From contig NC_016012.1 in assembly GCF_000283555.1 (NCBI RefSeq), positions 90,001-122,000 of the forward strand: a stretch of DNA of 32,000 nucleotides, written 5' to 3'. Below the pieces are notes generated by a model. That model made no database searches. It had not been told where the DNA came from and saw only the letters and a list, made by a program, of their open reading frames with translations. Positions within the stretch are counted from its first letter, which is position 1; each line of letters opens with the position of its first letter. Position numbers and translations under genes: made by a program. Origin of the DNA: Candidatus Arthromitus sp. SFB-rat-Yit (GTDB taxonomy: Bacteria; Bacillota; Clostridia; Clostridiales; Clostridiaceae). Positions 21,092 through 29,142 of this stretch are shown here, in pieces.

Positions 21092-22513
21092 GTGAGAAAG
21101 ACAAAAATAGTGTGTACAATAGGTCCTGCTAGTGAAAAATACGAAATATTAAAAGAACTTATTGAAAAGGGTATGAATGTTATGAGACTTAATTTTTCTC
21201 ATGGCGATTTTGAGGAACATGGAAGCAGAATAAAATTAGTTAGAGAAATTAGCGAAGAACTAAATAAAAATGTAGGAATAATGCTTGATACAAAAGGACC
21301 TGAAATTAGGACTAAGAAATTTGAAGGAAAGGTTTTACTAAATCAAGGAGAGGAATTTATTATATATACAAAAGAAGATGTGGTTGGAGATTCAACTAGA
21401 TGCTCTGTTACTTATGAAGATCTTTATAAAGATGTAGAAGTTGGAGGGAAAATACTTATAGATGATGGTTTGGTAGCCCTTGAAATCAAAAACATAGAGG
21501 AAGGTAAGATAACTTGTGTTGTTTTAAATTCTGGAGAGGTTTCAAGTAATAAGGGAGTTAATTTACCAAAATCTAAGATAAAATTACCTGCACTTACGGA
21601 TAAAGATAAGAAGGATTTGTTATTTGGTATAGAAAATGATGTTGAATATGTGGCAGCTTCTTTTATAAGAAAAGCGGATGATGTTATAAAAATTAGAGAA
21701 TTTTTAAATTCAAACGGAGGAGACTTTATAAAAATAATATCTAAGATAGAGAATCAGGAAGGGCTTGATAATATAGATGAAATAATAGATAGCTCTGATG
21801 GAATAATGGTTGCTAGAGGTGATTTAGGAGTTGAGATTCCTATTGAAAATTTACCACATTGGCAAAAGTTAATTATAAAGAAATGTAATGATAAAGGAAA
21901 ATTTGTTATAACTGCAACTCAAATGCTTGATTCTATGATAAGGAATCCAAGGCCTACGAGAGCTGAAGCTTCAGACGTTGCAAATGCTATACATGATGGT
22001 AGTGATGCTGTTATGTTAAGTGGGGAAACAGCAAATGGGAAATATCCTGTAGAATCTTATGAAATAATGGATAAAATTATAATTACAACTGAGCAAAGTT
22101 TGGATTATGAAGGAAAACTCCAAAGGAAATTATCAAAAATAGAGTATAAAGATGTTCCTAATACGATCGCATTATTTTCTTGTACTACGGCAAATGAAGT
22201 TGGTGCAAAAGCTATACTTGCCTGTACAAAATCAGGTGCTACAGCACAGTTTGTATCTAGATTTAGGCCGGAGTGTCCAATTATTTCTATAACACAAACT
22301 AAAAAAGTAGCGAGGATGTTATCGATTTATTGGGGGGTATATACTCAAACAATAAGTGAAACGATTGATAATACAGATATGTTAATCGATTTATCAGTAG
22401 ATAAAGCGAAAAAAGAGTATAGTTTTAAAAATGGGGATTTAATAGTTGTTTCAGCGAGTGTTCCTGCAAATTTCAAGGGTCATACTAATATGCTCAAAGT
22501 TCATGAAGTTTAA
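21092..22513 (+). CDS. pyk: Pyruvate kinase
   Basis: KTKIVCTIGPASEKYEILKELIEKGMNVMRLNFSHG, LDTKGPEIRT, MVARGDLGVEIP, ATQMLDSMIRNPRPTRAEASDVANAIHDGSDAVMLSGETANG. Track start GTG 21077 overlaps the RBS (GTGAGGTG); GTG 21092 is preferred. Confidence 0.96.
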   Translation: MRKTKIVCTIGPASEKYEILKELIEKGMNVMRLNFSHGDFEEHGSRIKLVREISEELNKNVGIMLDTKGPEIRTKKFEGKVLLNQGEEFIIYTKEDVVGDSTRCSVTYEDLYKDVEVGGKILIDDGLVALEIKNIEEGKITCVVLNSGEVSSNKGVNLPKSKIKLPALTDKDKKDLLFGIENDVEYVAASFIRKADDVIKIREFLNSNGGDFIKIISKIENQEGLDNIDEIIDSSDGIMVARGDLGVEIPIENLPHWQKLIIKKCNDKGKFVITATQMLDSMIRNPRPTRAEASDVANAIHDGSDAVMLSGETANGKYPVESYEIMDKIIITTEQSLDYEGKLQRKLSKIEYKDVPNTIALFSCTTANEVGAKAILACTKSGATAQFVSRFRPECPIISITQTKKVARMLSIYWGVYTQTISETIDNTDMLIDLSVDKAKKEYSFKNGDLIVVSASVPANFKGHTNMLKVHEV

Positions 22514-22632
22514 AAATTTACTAAAAATTAATATATATATAATAAGAAATTAACAAATTATTTATTTGTTAGGTATATAGTAGTAAGATAGGTTTTACAA
22601 ATTAAATGTATTTTTATTGGGTAAACTGATTC

Positions 22633-22670
22633 AAAAAAACATCAGTATCTTTTGATACTGATGTTTTTTT
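22633..22670 (+). terminator. Very strong Rho-independent terminator in the pyk-rlmD intergenic region
   Basis: Perfect 17-bp stem AAAAAAACATCAGTATC / GATACTGATGTTTTTTT with TTTT loop. Confidence 0.93.
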
Positions 22671-22695
22671 GGTTAAGGAGGAAAAGGTTTTAGGT

Positions 22696-24066
22696 ATGGT
22701 AGATGTTGGTAATAAGTACATAGTAAAAATTGAGGGTTATGATAGTCAGGGAAATGGTGTTTCACACATAGATAATTTGGTTGTTTTTATACCTAATACT
22801 ATAGAGGGAGAGATTGTTGAAGTATGTATAGATAAGGTAAGTAAAAATTTTTTAAGAGGTAAGGTAATTGAATTGCTTTCTGTATCTGAATCGAGAGTGC
22901 TACCTGTATGCAGTATATATGAGAAGTGTGGCGGATGTAATGTTCAACACATGAATTATAGAGAGCAAGTTAGATTTAAGGAAAATAAAATAATAAATAC
23001 GCTTGAGAAAATAGGGAATATAGAAGGCGTTAAGATAGAAAAGTTTTATGGAATGTCTATTCCGTATGAATATAGAAATAAGGTACAGGTTCCGTTTGGA
23101 TTAAGTGATCTTGGAGTTAAGGCTGGTTTTTATGAAAAAAATACTCACAATATTATAAATATGGATTTTTGCAATATACAATTTCGTGAAGGAAGCGATA
23201 TTGTTAATGAAACTCGTGAATACATAAAGAAAAATAATATAAAGCCTTATGATGAGAGTGTTCATAATAAAAAGGGTTGTGATTATGGACTTGTAAGACA
23301 TTTACTCATACGAAAAGGATATAACACGAATGAAATTATGATTGTAATTGTGCTAACAAAAGATGATCAAGAATTTCTAAATGGATATGTAGAGTTTATA
23401 TTAAGTAAATTTAAAGATATAAAAACAATAGTAGTTAATGTGAATGATGAAATAACAAATGTTATCCTTGGGAAATACGAGAGGGTATTATATGGAGATG
23501 GATATATAAGAGATAAAATAAATGATTTTGTATTTAGAATTCAGAGTAAATCATTTTTTCAGGTTAATACAAAACAAGCTGAGAAATTGTATTTAGCAGC
23601 TATTGAAATGTGTGATTTAAAATTTGGGGATACGCTTTTGGATGCTTATTGTGGGATTGGAACTATAGGAATATGTGCAAGTAGGAAAATAAAACAGGTT
23701 TATGGTATAGAAGAAGTTAAAGAGAGTATAGTTGATGCTAATGAAAATAAGCGTATAAACAATATTAAAAATATAGAGTTTATAGAAGGTAAAGTTGAAG
23801 AAGAAATATTTAATTTAGTAAATAGTGGAGTTAATATAAGTGCTGTTGTTTTAGATCCTCCAAGGAAGGGTGTAAAGGAAAATGTTTTACATAAGCTTAG
23901 AAGTATTAATTGTAAAAAAATAGTTTATATATCTTGTGATGTGGCAACTCTCTCGAGAGATGCGAAAATACTCACATCTCTTGGATATAAAGTCGATAAA
24001 GTTAGAGGTGTTGATATGTTTTGTCAAACTTATCATGTTGAAACTATAGTTAGATTCACTTTGTAA
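22696..24066 (+). CDS. rlmD: 23S rRNA (uracil-5-)-methyltransferase, RlmD/RlmCD (RumA) family
   Basis: N-terminal TRAM-like region, Fe-S Cys motif CSIYEKCGGCNVQH, DAYCGIGTIGI, VVLDPPRKG, YISCDVATLSRD. Track start TTG 22669 lies inside the terminator stem; ATG 22696 is preferred. Confidence 0.92.
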   Translation: MVDVGNKYIVKIEGYDSQGNGVSHIDNLVVFIPNTIEGEIVEVCIDKVSKNFLRGKVIELLSVSESRVLPVCSIYEKCGGCNVQHMNYREQVRFKENKIINTLEKIGNIEGVKIEKFYGMSIPYEYRNKVQVPFGLSDLGVKAGFYEKNTHNIINMDFCNIQFREGSDIVNETREYIKKNNIKPYDESVHNKKGCDYGLVRHLLIRKGYNTNEIMIVIVLTKDDQEFLNGYVEFILSKFKDIKTIVVNVNDEITNVILGKYERVLYGDGYIRDKINDFVFRIQSKSFFQVNTKQAEKLYLAAIEMCDLKFGDTLLDAYCGIGTIGICASRKIKQVYGIEEVKESIVDANENKRINNIKNIEFIEGKVEEEIFNLVNSGVNISAVVLDPPRKGVKENVLHKLRSINCKKIVYISCDVATLSRDAKILTSLGYKVDKVRGVDMFCQTYHVETIVRFTL

Positions 24067-24157
24067 ATATAGTTGAGATTGCATGTAAAGTGTGTTAACA
24101 TTATTAACGAATTGTAAATTAATTTACTATAGTTTAAGTTTAATTTTGAGGAAAAAG

Positions 24158-24508
24158 ATGGAATCAAAAAATAGAAATGGGTTTAAAAAGTTTGGCAGAA
24201 AAATTTTAGCTTTATCGATGTTTGCTGGAGTATCTTTTTGTGCGTTTGGGAGTAACGAAGCAAATGCTATAAATCCACCAAGACCTACAAATCCTGGAAA
24301 ACCATTGGGGGGGACTTCCCCTAGTAACTCTTTAGGATCACCGTCAGGTAGAGTAAATTCTTCTGGAACAGGAAATTTTGGTCTTGATTTTTCTACGATA
24401 AATGTACCAGGTGGAGGTAATATTGGACCTTATGGTCGACTTAATAATCCTGAGTTGCTTGGATGGAAATTAGGAGAAAGATTGCAAAATTTTATAATTA
24501 AGCAATAA
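24158..24508 (+). CDS. Small predicted secreted Pro/Gly/Asn/Ser-rich protein, 116 aa, unknown function
   Basis: RBS GAGG then ATG 24158; signal peptide MESKNRNGFKKFGRKILALSMFAGVSFCAFGSNEANA|INPP…; low-complexity mature region; upstream codons of the track ORF (MLTLLTNCK…) are probably not translated. Confidence 0.75.
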   Translation: MESKNRNGFKKFGRKILALSMFAGVSFCAFGSNEANAINPPRPTNPGKPLGGTSPSNSLGSPSGRVNSSGTGNFGLDFSTINVPGGGNIGPYGRLNNPELLGWKLGERLQNFIIKQ

Positions 24509-24554
24509 TTATTATAAAATAGTAGGGTATTTTATAATTTACATATAGAATTTT

Positions 24555-24589
24555 AAATTAAGGGAGATATTTTTCTCTCTTAATTTTTT
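24555..24589 (+). terminator. Rho-independent terminator after the small secreted protein gene
   Basis: 13-bp stem AAATTAAGGGAGA / TCTCTCTTAATTT (one G-U pair), loop 24568-24573, then a T-run. Confidence 0.85.
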
Positions 24590-24628
24590 ATTTGAAGGTG
24601 AAATGTGTTTTAATACAATATTTTCTAT

Positions 24629-24657
24629 TTGTAAAAAAATTTATTTAAGGTAATAAT
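24629..24657 (+). promoter_or_regulatory. Possible sigma-A-type promoter for the 487-aa acidic protein gene
   Basis: TTGTAA - N17 - AATAAT, upstream of 24715; the AT-rich background makes this weak evidence. Confidence 0.3.
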
Positions 24658-24714
24658 AAGATAAAGGTAATAGTTTAGATAAGTTAATAATTTTGAAAGG
24701 TAGAAGTATGGGAT

Positions 24715-26178
24715 ATGGATAGAAAAAATTGTGATGATGTGAATATAAACGTAGAAGATTACAGTACTGATAAATTATTAGATTTTTTAAATGAGAGTGA
24801 TACATATTTTATAAAGGATAATAATAGCGGAATTATTGGAAATAAAAAAACCGGTGTTATGATAGATAAGAGGACAGGTCAGAAAATTTATGATAATAAA
24901 GAGGGTTTTGAAGTTAAAAATTGTTCAGATAATATAAAGTATGATTTTTTAGATTATACGGCTTCTATAAAAATGCTTAATATTTCTGATTTGAAAAATT
25001 TTAAAGATAATTTAAATGAAAATTTAAATAAAAATGAAAAAGATACGGATACAAGTAAGCATGCTTCCCCTAAAGATACTAAGGAAAAGGTTAATTTTAA
25101 TAGAGATAATTTAAAGAAATTATTATTAAATAAAGTAAAAAAAGTTAATGTCAAAGATGAGGATAATTCTAAAAAATTAGATATTCAGGAAATTGAAAGT
25201 AAGGTAAATGAATTAAATAATTTTAGTTTTAATGAAGAGAAGATTTCAGATGATCATAAAGAAGATGAAAAATTGATAAGTAATGATTTAAGTGATGAGG
25301 AGCTACTTAAGAAAATAAATTCTAAATTTAGTAATGCTGAGAATGAAATTTCAGATGTTAAAGTTCAAAATTCACCTTTGGATGATTATAATTTTTATTC
25401 CTTTGAGGAGTTTGAAAACCAAAATTCTCATGAGAAAATTTCTGATGGAGTTGTAGAAGTTAAAAGTGAGAAAAAAGAAGTTAGTGAGCTTGATAAATTT
25501 AAGAGCATTATGGATTTTGAAGATTATCTGATGATTATGAAAAGCGATGAAGAAATTTTAAAATCTCCGTTCTCAGATGAAAAAATCGAAGCTCCTAAGG
25601 TTGTTGTTAATGAAGATCCTGAAGGAGATTCATTTAATCCATTTGATACATTGTTTGAGGTTGAGGAAATTGAAAATCATTATGTAAATAATGAAAATAC
25701 AATTGAAGAGGGAATGATTCCTGAGCTCAATTTAAATGAAACTATGAGTAAAAAGGTAAGCATAAGAGAAGTAATCAAAAATAAGCAGAAGAAGAAGCAA
25801 GATAAGAAGGAGATGCAGGAGAGGTTATTCTTTGAAACATTAGATGAAAGAATAGATCAGTTTAAGAACTTTAAGGAAAATAATTTAGATTCACAAGCAA
25901 TCTTAAATGCTATTAATATGGATTTAAATAAAATAAACTCTGCAATTAAAGTTGAATTTAATAGTTTAAGCAAGAAAAGGAATGCAAGATCAAAAGATAG
26001 ATCACAGAAGAAGGTTTTAAATTCTAAAGATGATAAATTTTCACTTCAAAATTTGCTTGAGGAGATTTATGAAGAAAAAGGCGATGAAGCTAAGGGTATT
26101 GATACAAATGAGTTAGATATAGATGCTATAAAAAAGGATTTAGCTAATAATGAGAACACAAAACAAATAGTAAATTAA
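24715..26178 (+). CDS. Highly acidic/charged, low-complexity cytoplasmic protein of unknown function, 487 aa
   Basis: Long ORF lacking signal peptide or TM; N-terminal segment NNSGIIGNKKTGVMIDKRTGQKIYDNKEGFEV then Asp/Glu/Lys/Asn-rich sequence; helical charged C-terminal part. Confidence 0.75.
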   Translation: MDRKNCDDVNINVEDYSTDKLLDFLNESDTYFIKDNNSGIIGNKKTGVMIDKRTGQKIYDNKEGFEVKNCSDNIKYDFLDYTASIKMLNISDLKNFKDNLNENLNKNEKDTDTSKHASPKDTKEKVNFNRDNLKKLLLNKVKKVNVKDEDNSKKLDIQEIESKVNELNNFSFNEEKISDDHKEDEKLISNDLSDEELLKKINSKFSNAENEISDVKVQNSPLDDYNFYSFEEFENQNSHEKISDGVVEVKSEKKEVSELDKFKSIMDFEDYLMIMKSDEEILKSPFSDEKIEAPKVVVNEDPEGDSFNPFDTLFEVEEIENHYVNNENTIEEGMIPELNLNETMSKKVSIREVIKNKQKKKQDKKEMQERLFFETLDERIDQFKNFKENNLDSQAILNAINMDLNKINSAIKVEFNSLSKKRNARSKDRSQKKVLNSKDDKFSLQNLLEEIYEEKGDEAKGIDTNELDIDAIKKDLANNENTKQIVN

Positions 26179-26186
26179 AAATTGGG

Positions 26187-26215
26187 TTTAAATTTGTATA
26201 AATATTTACTATAAT
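26187..26215 (+). promoter_or_regulatory. Possible promoter for lepB
   Basis: TTTAAA - N17 - TATAAT in the 69-nt gap upstream of the lepB ATG. Confidence 0.4.
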
Positions 26216-26247
26216 AGTTTTAATGCTAAAAATGAGAGGACCAGTTT

Positions 26248-26961
26248 ATGGGAAAATATAAAGATGATAAAGAAAATATTTTTGATAAAAATGAATTTTA
26301 TAAAGATGAAGATGAAAATGAAGATGATGAAGATGAATTGGTTGATGAATATGCCTACCTTTTAGAGGATGAAAAAGAGGATAATACTAGTTATGAAAAA
26401 CAACCTCTACCTAAGAGGGCTAAAAATAGAAGGCATAGAGGTAGGCTTTTATCGACTATTTTAGAGTGGTTTATAACAATAGTTGCCGCTTTGTTGATAT
26501 CTTTTTTAATAAACAAATTTTTGATATTTAAAGTTTATATACCTTCAGAGTCTATGTATCCGACTTTAATGGTTAAGGATCAATTGTTTGTAACTAAGAT
26601 GTATAACAAGGATTCGATATCACGTGGAGATGTACTTGTATTTTATTCAGAAGAATTCAAGGAGTTGCTCATAAAGAGGGTTATAGGGCTTCCTGGAGAT
26701 GATATAGTTGTTAAAGCGTCTGGGGAAGTGATTGTAAATGGGGAAGTACTTAAAGAAGATTATGTTGTTCAAAAAGATGAGACTGCTATATTTGATTTAA
26801 ATTTTAAAGTTCCTGATAATGAGTATTTCTTCCTTGGAGATAACAGGGCGAATTCTTTAGATAGTAGGTATTGGAATGATCCTTATATAAGTTTTGAGGA
26901 TATACGAGGAGAGGCAAGGATTATTGTTTATCCATTTAATAGGATTAGGTTATTGAGATAA
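26248..26961 (+). CDS. lepB: Signal peptidase I with long acidic N-terminal cytoplasmic extension
   Basis: Catalytic Ser IPSESMYPTL, catalytic Lys region KELLIKRVIGLPGD, FFLGDNRANSLDSRYW; about 69 residues precede the TM helix, mostly Asp/Glu. Confidence 0.93.
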   Translation: MGKYKDDKENIFDKNEFYKDEDENEDDEDELVDEYAYLLEDEKEDNTSYEKQPLPKRAKNRRHRGRLLSTILEWFITIVAALLISFLINKFLIFKVYIPSESMYPTLMVKDQLFVTKMYNKDSISRGDVLVFYSEEFKELLIKRVIGLPGDDIVVKASGEVIVNGEVLKEDYVVQKDETAIFDLNFKVPDNEYFFLGDNRANSLDSRYWNDPYISFEDIRGEARIIVYPFNRIRLLR

Positions 26962-26968
26962 TTTTTGG

Positions 26969-27025
26969 TCGTTCTTTTAAATTGTGCCTTAAGAAGGTAT
27001 AATTAGAAGAACGATTTTATTTTTT
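26969..27025 (+). terminator. Imperfect long-stem terminator between lepB and the helD-like gene
   Basis: Outer arms TCGTTCTTTTAA / TTAGAAGAACGA (12 pairs incl. one G-U) enclosing a CCTT-AAG-AAGG apical hairpin; followed by TTTTATTTTTT. Confidence 0.75.
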
Positions 27026-27046
27026 AAAGAGGTGGATTTTAGGGGT

Positions 27047-29125
27047 ATGGATGTAAAATTAGATTATGAAATTGAGAAGAAATATTTAGATAATGTACTT
27101 GGTTATTTAAATGATAAGTTAAGTGAGTATGTAGAAAATAGAAAAAATATATCAGATTCTATTGTTGATTATAGGAAGAAATTTATAGAGGAATATAGAG
27201 ATGATGATGATAAAATAATAGATTACTTCGATCATGAAAATTATAAGAATGAACAGATATTTATGCTTGTTGAAAAAAAGATCAAGGAGATACTCTATCT
27301 AAAAAAAACTCCTTACTTTGGGAAGATTGTTATAAGTGAGGATGGGGAAGAGGAAAAATTTTATATAGGATCTTATGGATTTGATATTGGATTAGAACTC
27401 CCTTTAATAATTGATTGGAGAGCACCTATGGCTTCTTTATTTTATCAAGGGAGGATCGGAGAACTTAGCTATAAGATACCATCTGGAGAGGAGATTTGTG
27501 TTTCTTTAAATGAGAGAATACAATTTTTGATTAGAGATGGTAAAATAATTTCGATGTTTGATTCGGATATAGATATTAAGGATGAATTTTTAAAAGAGAT
27601 GCTATCTTTAAAATCCTCAAATAAATTAAAAAATATAGTTCAAACTATTCAGGTTAACCAAGATAAAATAATAAGGGAAGATAGAAACAAATCAATTGTG
27701 ATAAATGGTGTAGCAGGAAGTGGGAAAACTTCTGTAGCACTTCATAGAATAGCTTATCTTTTATATAATTTTAGAGATTATTTTGAAGATAGAGTTCTAA
27801 TATTGTGTCCAAATAAAATTTTTATGGAATATATATCTGCAGTTCTTCCATCTCTTGGAGAATATGGAGGAGTACATAGTTATACAAGTGAAGATTTTAT
27901 TTACTTAAGCACTGGTGGAAATTTAAATTTTAATTCTTATGATTCTCATATGGAAAAGATATTAAATGATAAAGAATATCTAGATGAATTCAAATTTAAG
28001 GGAAGTTATGAGATGAAGTGTGAGATAGATAAATTTATCTCATATGTTGAGGAGAATATAAATCTCGGAGGAGATATTTATTTTAGAGATGAACTTATTA
28101 TAAATTATGAAGAGTTAAATAGATTATTTTACGAATCTTTTAAGAGTCGTTCTATAGATGTAAGAATAAATCTGATAAAAAAGAGAATATTTGATAAGAT
28201 AAATAAAGTTAGAAACACATTTGTGCGTCAAATAAAGGATAAGTATAAGAGCATGAATACCGATTCGGATATGGAAAATTATTATGATATGCTTATGAGA
28301 AATGAAATATATGATGTGGTAAGAGATAGTAGTGATATAAAATCATCGTTGCATTATTTGAAATTAGAATCACCCTATGAATTATATAGAGAATTTTATG
28401 AGAGTTATTTTTCAAAGGATTTGGTTAATTTAGATTTTGGGGATTTAATACTTATAAAATATATAGATATTAATATTTATAGACCTAAGAAAGATCGTGA
28501 ATATAGACTTGTTGTAATTGATGAAGGTCAAGATTTTTCGTATATGTTTTATCAAGTTATAAAGATGTATACTGAGTCACCATCTTATTTAATAGTTGGA
28601 GATTTAAATCAAAGCATTATAAAATTTGAGGATAATTTTACTCATAGCACTCGTATATTTGAAAATAAAAAAGATTTTGAAATGCTTGATTCTTATAGAT
28701 CGACTAAAAATATAATCGATTATTCTTTGAAATATTTAAATGATCGAATTTCTGTAAATTCAATAAGAGATGGGGAAGATGTTACATATTTTGAATGTGA
28801 GTATGATGATATAAAGAAAATATTGATTGAAGCTATAAATAATTTAAAATCCAAGAATATAGGGATAATTGTTTTAGATAAAAGAATGATAAATAAAGTA
28901 CATGATATGATAAAATCTAATTTTTATATAAAGACGATTACAGATGAGGATCATGTTTATAGTGATAATGGAATATTTTTGACTACTGTATATTTTTCAA
29001 AGGGACTTGAGTTTGATTCTGTTATAGTTATTGATTCAGGGTTTGAGGATAATATTTTATATATAATGCTAACAAGAGCAATGCATGATGCTATTCATAT
29101 AAAGATAAAAAATGTAATACCTTAG
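27047..29125 (+). CDS. helD: HelD-like UvrD/Rep-family helicase (RNA polymerase recycling factor type)
   Basis: N-terminal coiled-coil region, IDWRAPMASLFYQG, Walker A VINGVAGSGKTSVALHRIAYLLY, VVIDEGQDFSYMFY, LSYR-like DSYRSTKNI, VDSGFED…MLTRAMH. Track start GTG 27032 overlaps the GAGGTGG RBS; ATG 27047 is likelier. Confidence 0.88.
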   Translation: MDVKLDYEIEKKYLDNVLGYLNDKLSEYVENRKNISDSIVDYRKKFIEEYRDDDDKIIDYFDHENYKNEQIFMLVEKKIKEILYLKKTPYFGKIVISEDGEEEKFYIGSYGFDIGLELPLIIDWRAPMASLFYQGRIGELSYKIPSGEEICVSLNERIQFLIRDGKIISMFDSDIDIKDEFLKEMLSLKSSNKLKNIVQTIQVNQDKIIREDRNKSIVINGVAGSGKTSVALHRIAYLLYNFRDYFEDRVLILCPNKIFMEYISAVLPSLGEYGGVHSYTSEDFIYLSTGGNLNFNSYDSHMEKILNDKEYLDEFKFKGSYEMKCEIDKFISYVEENINLGGDIYFRDELIINYEELNRLFYESFKSRSIDVRINLIKKRIFDKINKVRNTFVRQIKDKYKSMNTDSDMENYYDMLMRNEIYDVVRDSSDIKSSLHYLKLESPYELYREFYESYFSKDLVNLDFGDLILIKYIDINIYRPKKDREYRLVVIDEGQDFSYMFYQVIKMYTESPSYLIVGDLNQSIIKFEDNFTHSTRIFENKKDFEMLDSYRSTKNIIDYSLKYLNDRISVNSIRDGEDVTYFECEYDDIKKILIEAINNLKSKNIGIIVLDKRMINKVHDMIKSNFYIKTITDEDHVYSDNGIFLTTVYFSKGLEFDSVIVIDSGFEDNILYIMLTRAMHDAIHIKIKNVIP

Positions 29126-29142
29126 AGTATTACATTTTTTAT
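29105..29142. terminator. Bidirectional terminator inside overlapping convergent gene ends
   Basis: Perfect 16-bp inverted repeat ATAAAAAATGTAATAC (29105-29120) / GTATTACATTTTTTAT (29127-29142), loop CTTAGA. T-rich 3' arms are produced on both strands. Confidence 0.88.

Noticed and set aside
24081-24133. Possible sporulation-sigma promoter (GCATG … CATTATT) or GTTAAC-type repeat before the small secreted protein gene
   Set aside because: Spacing and -10 sequence do not fit sigma-G/F consensus, and no good sigma-A pair with 16-18 nt spacing is present; promoter left uncalled.
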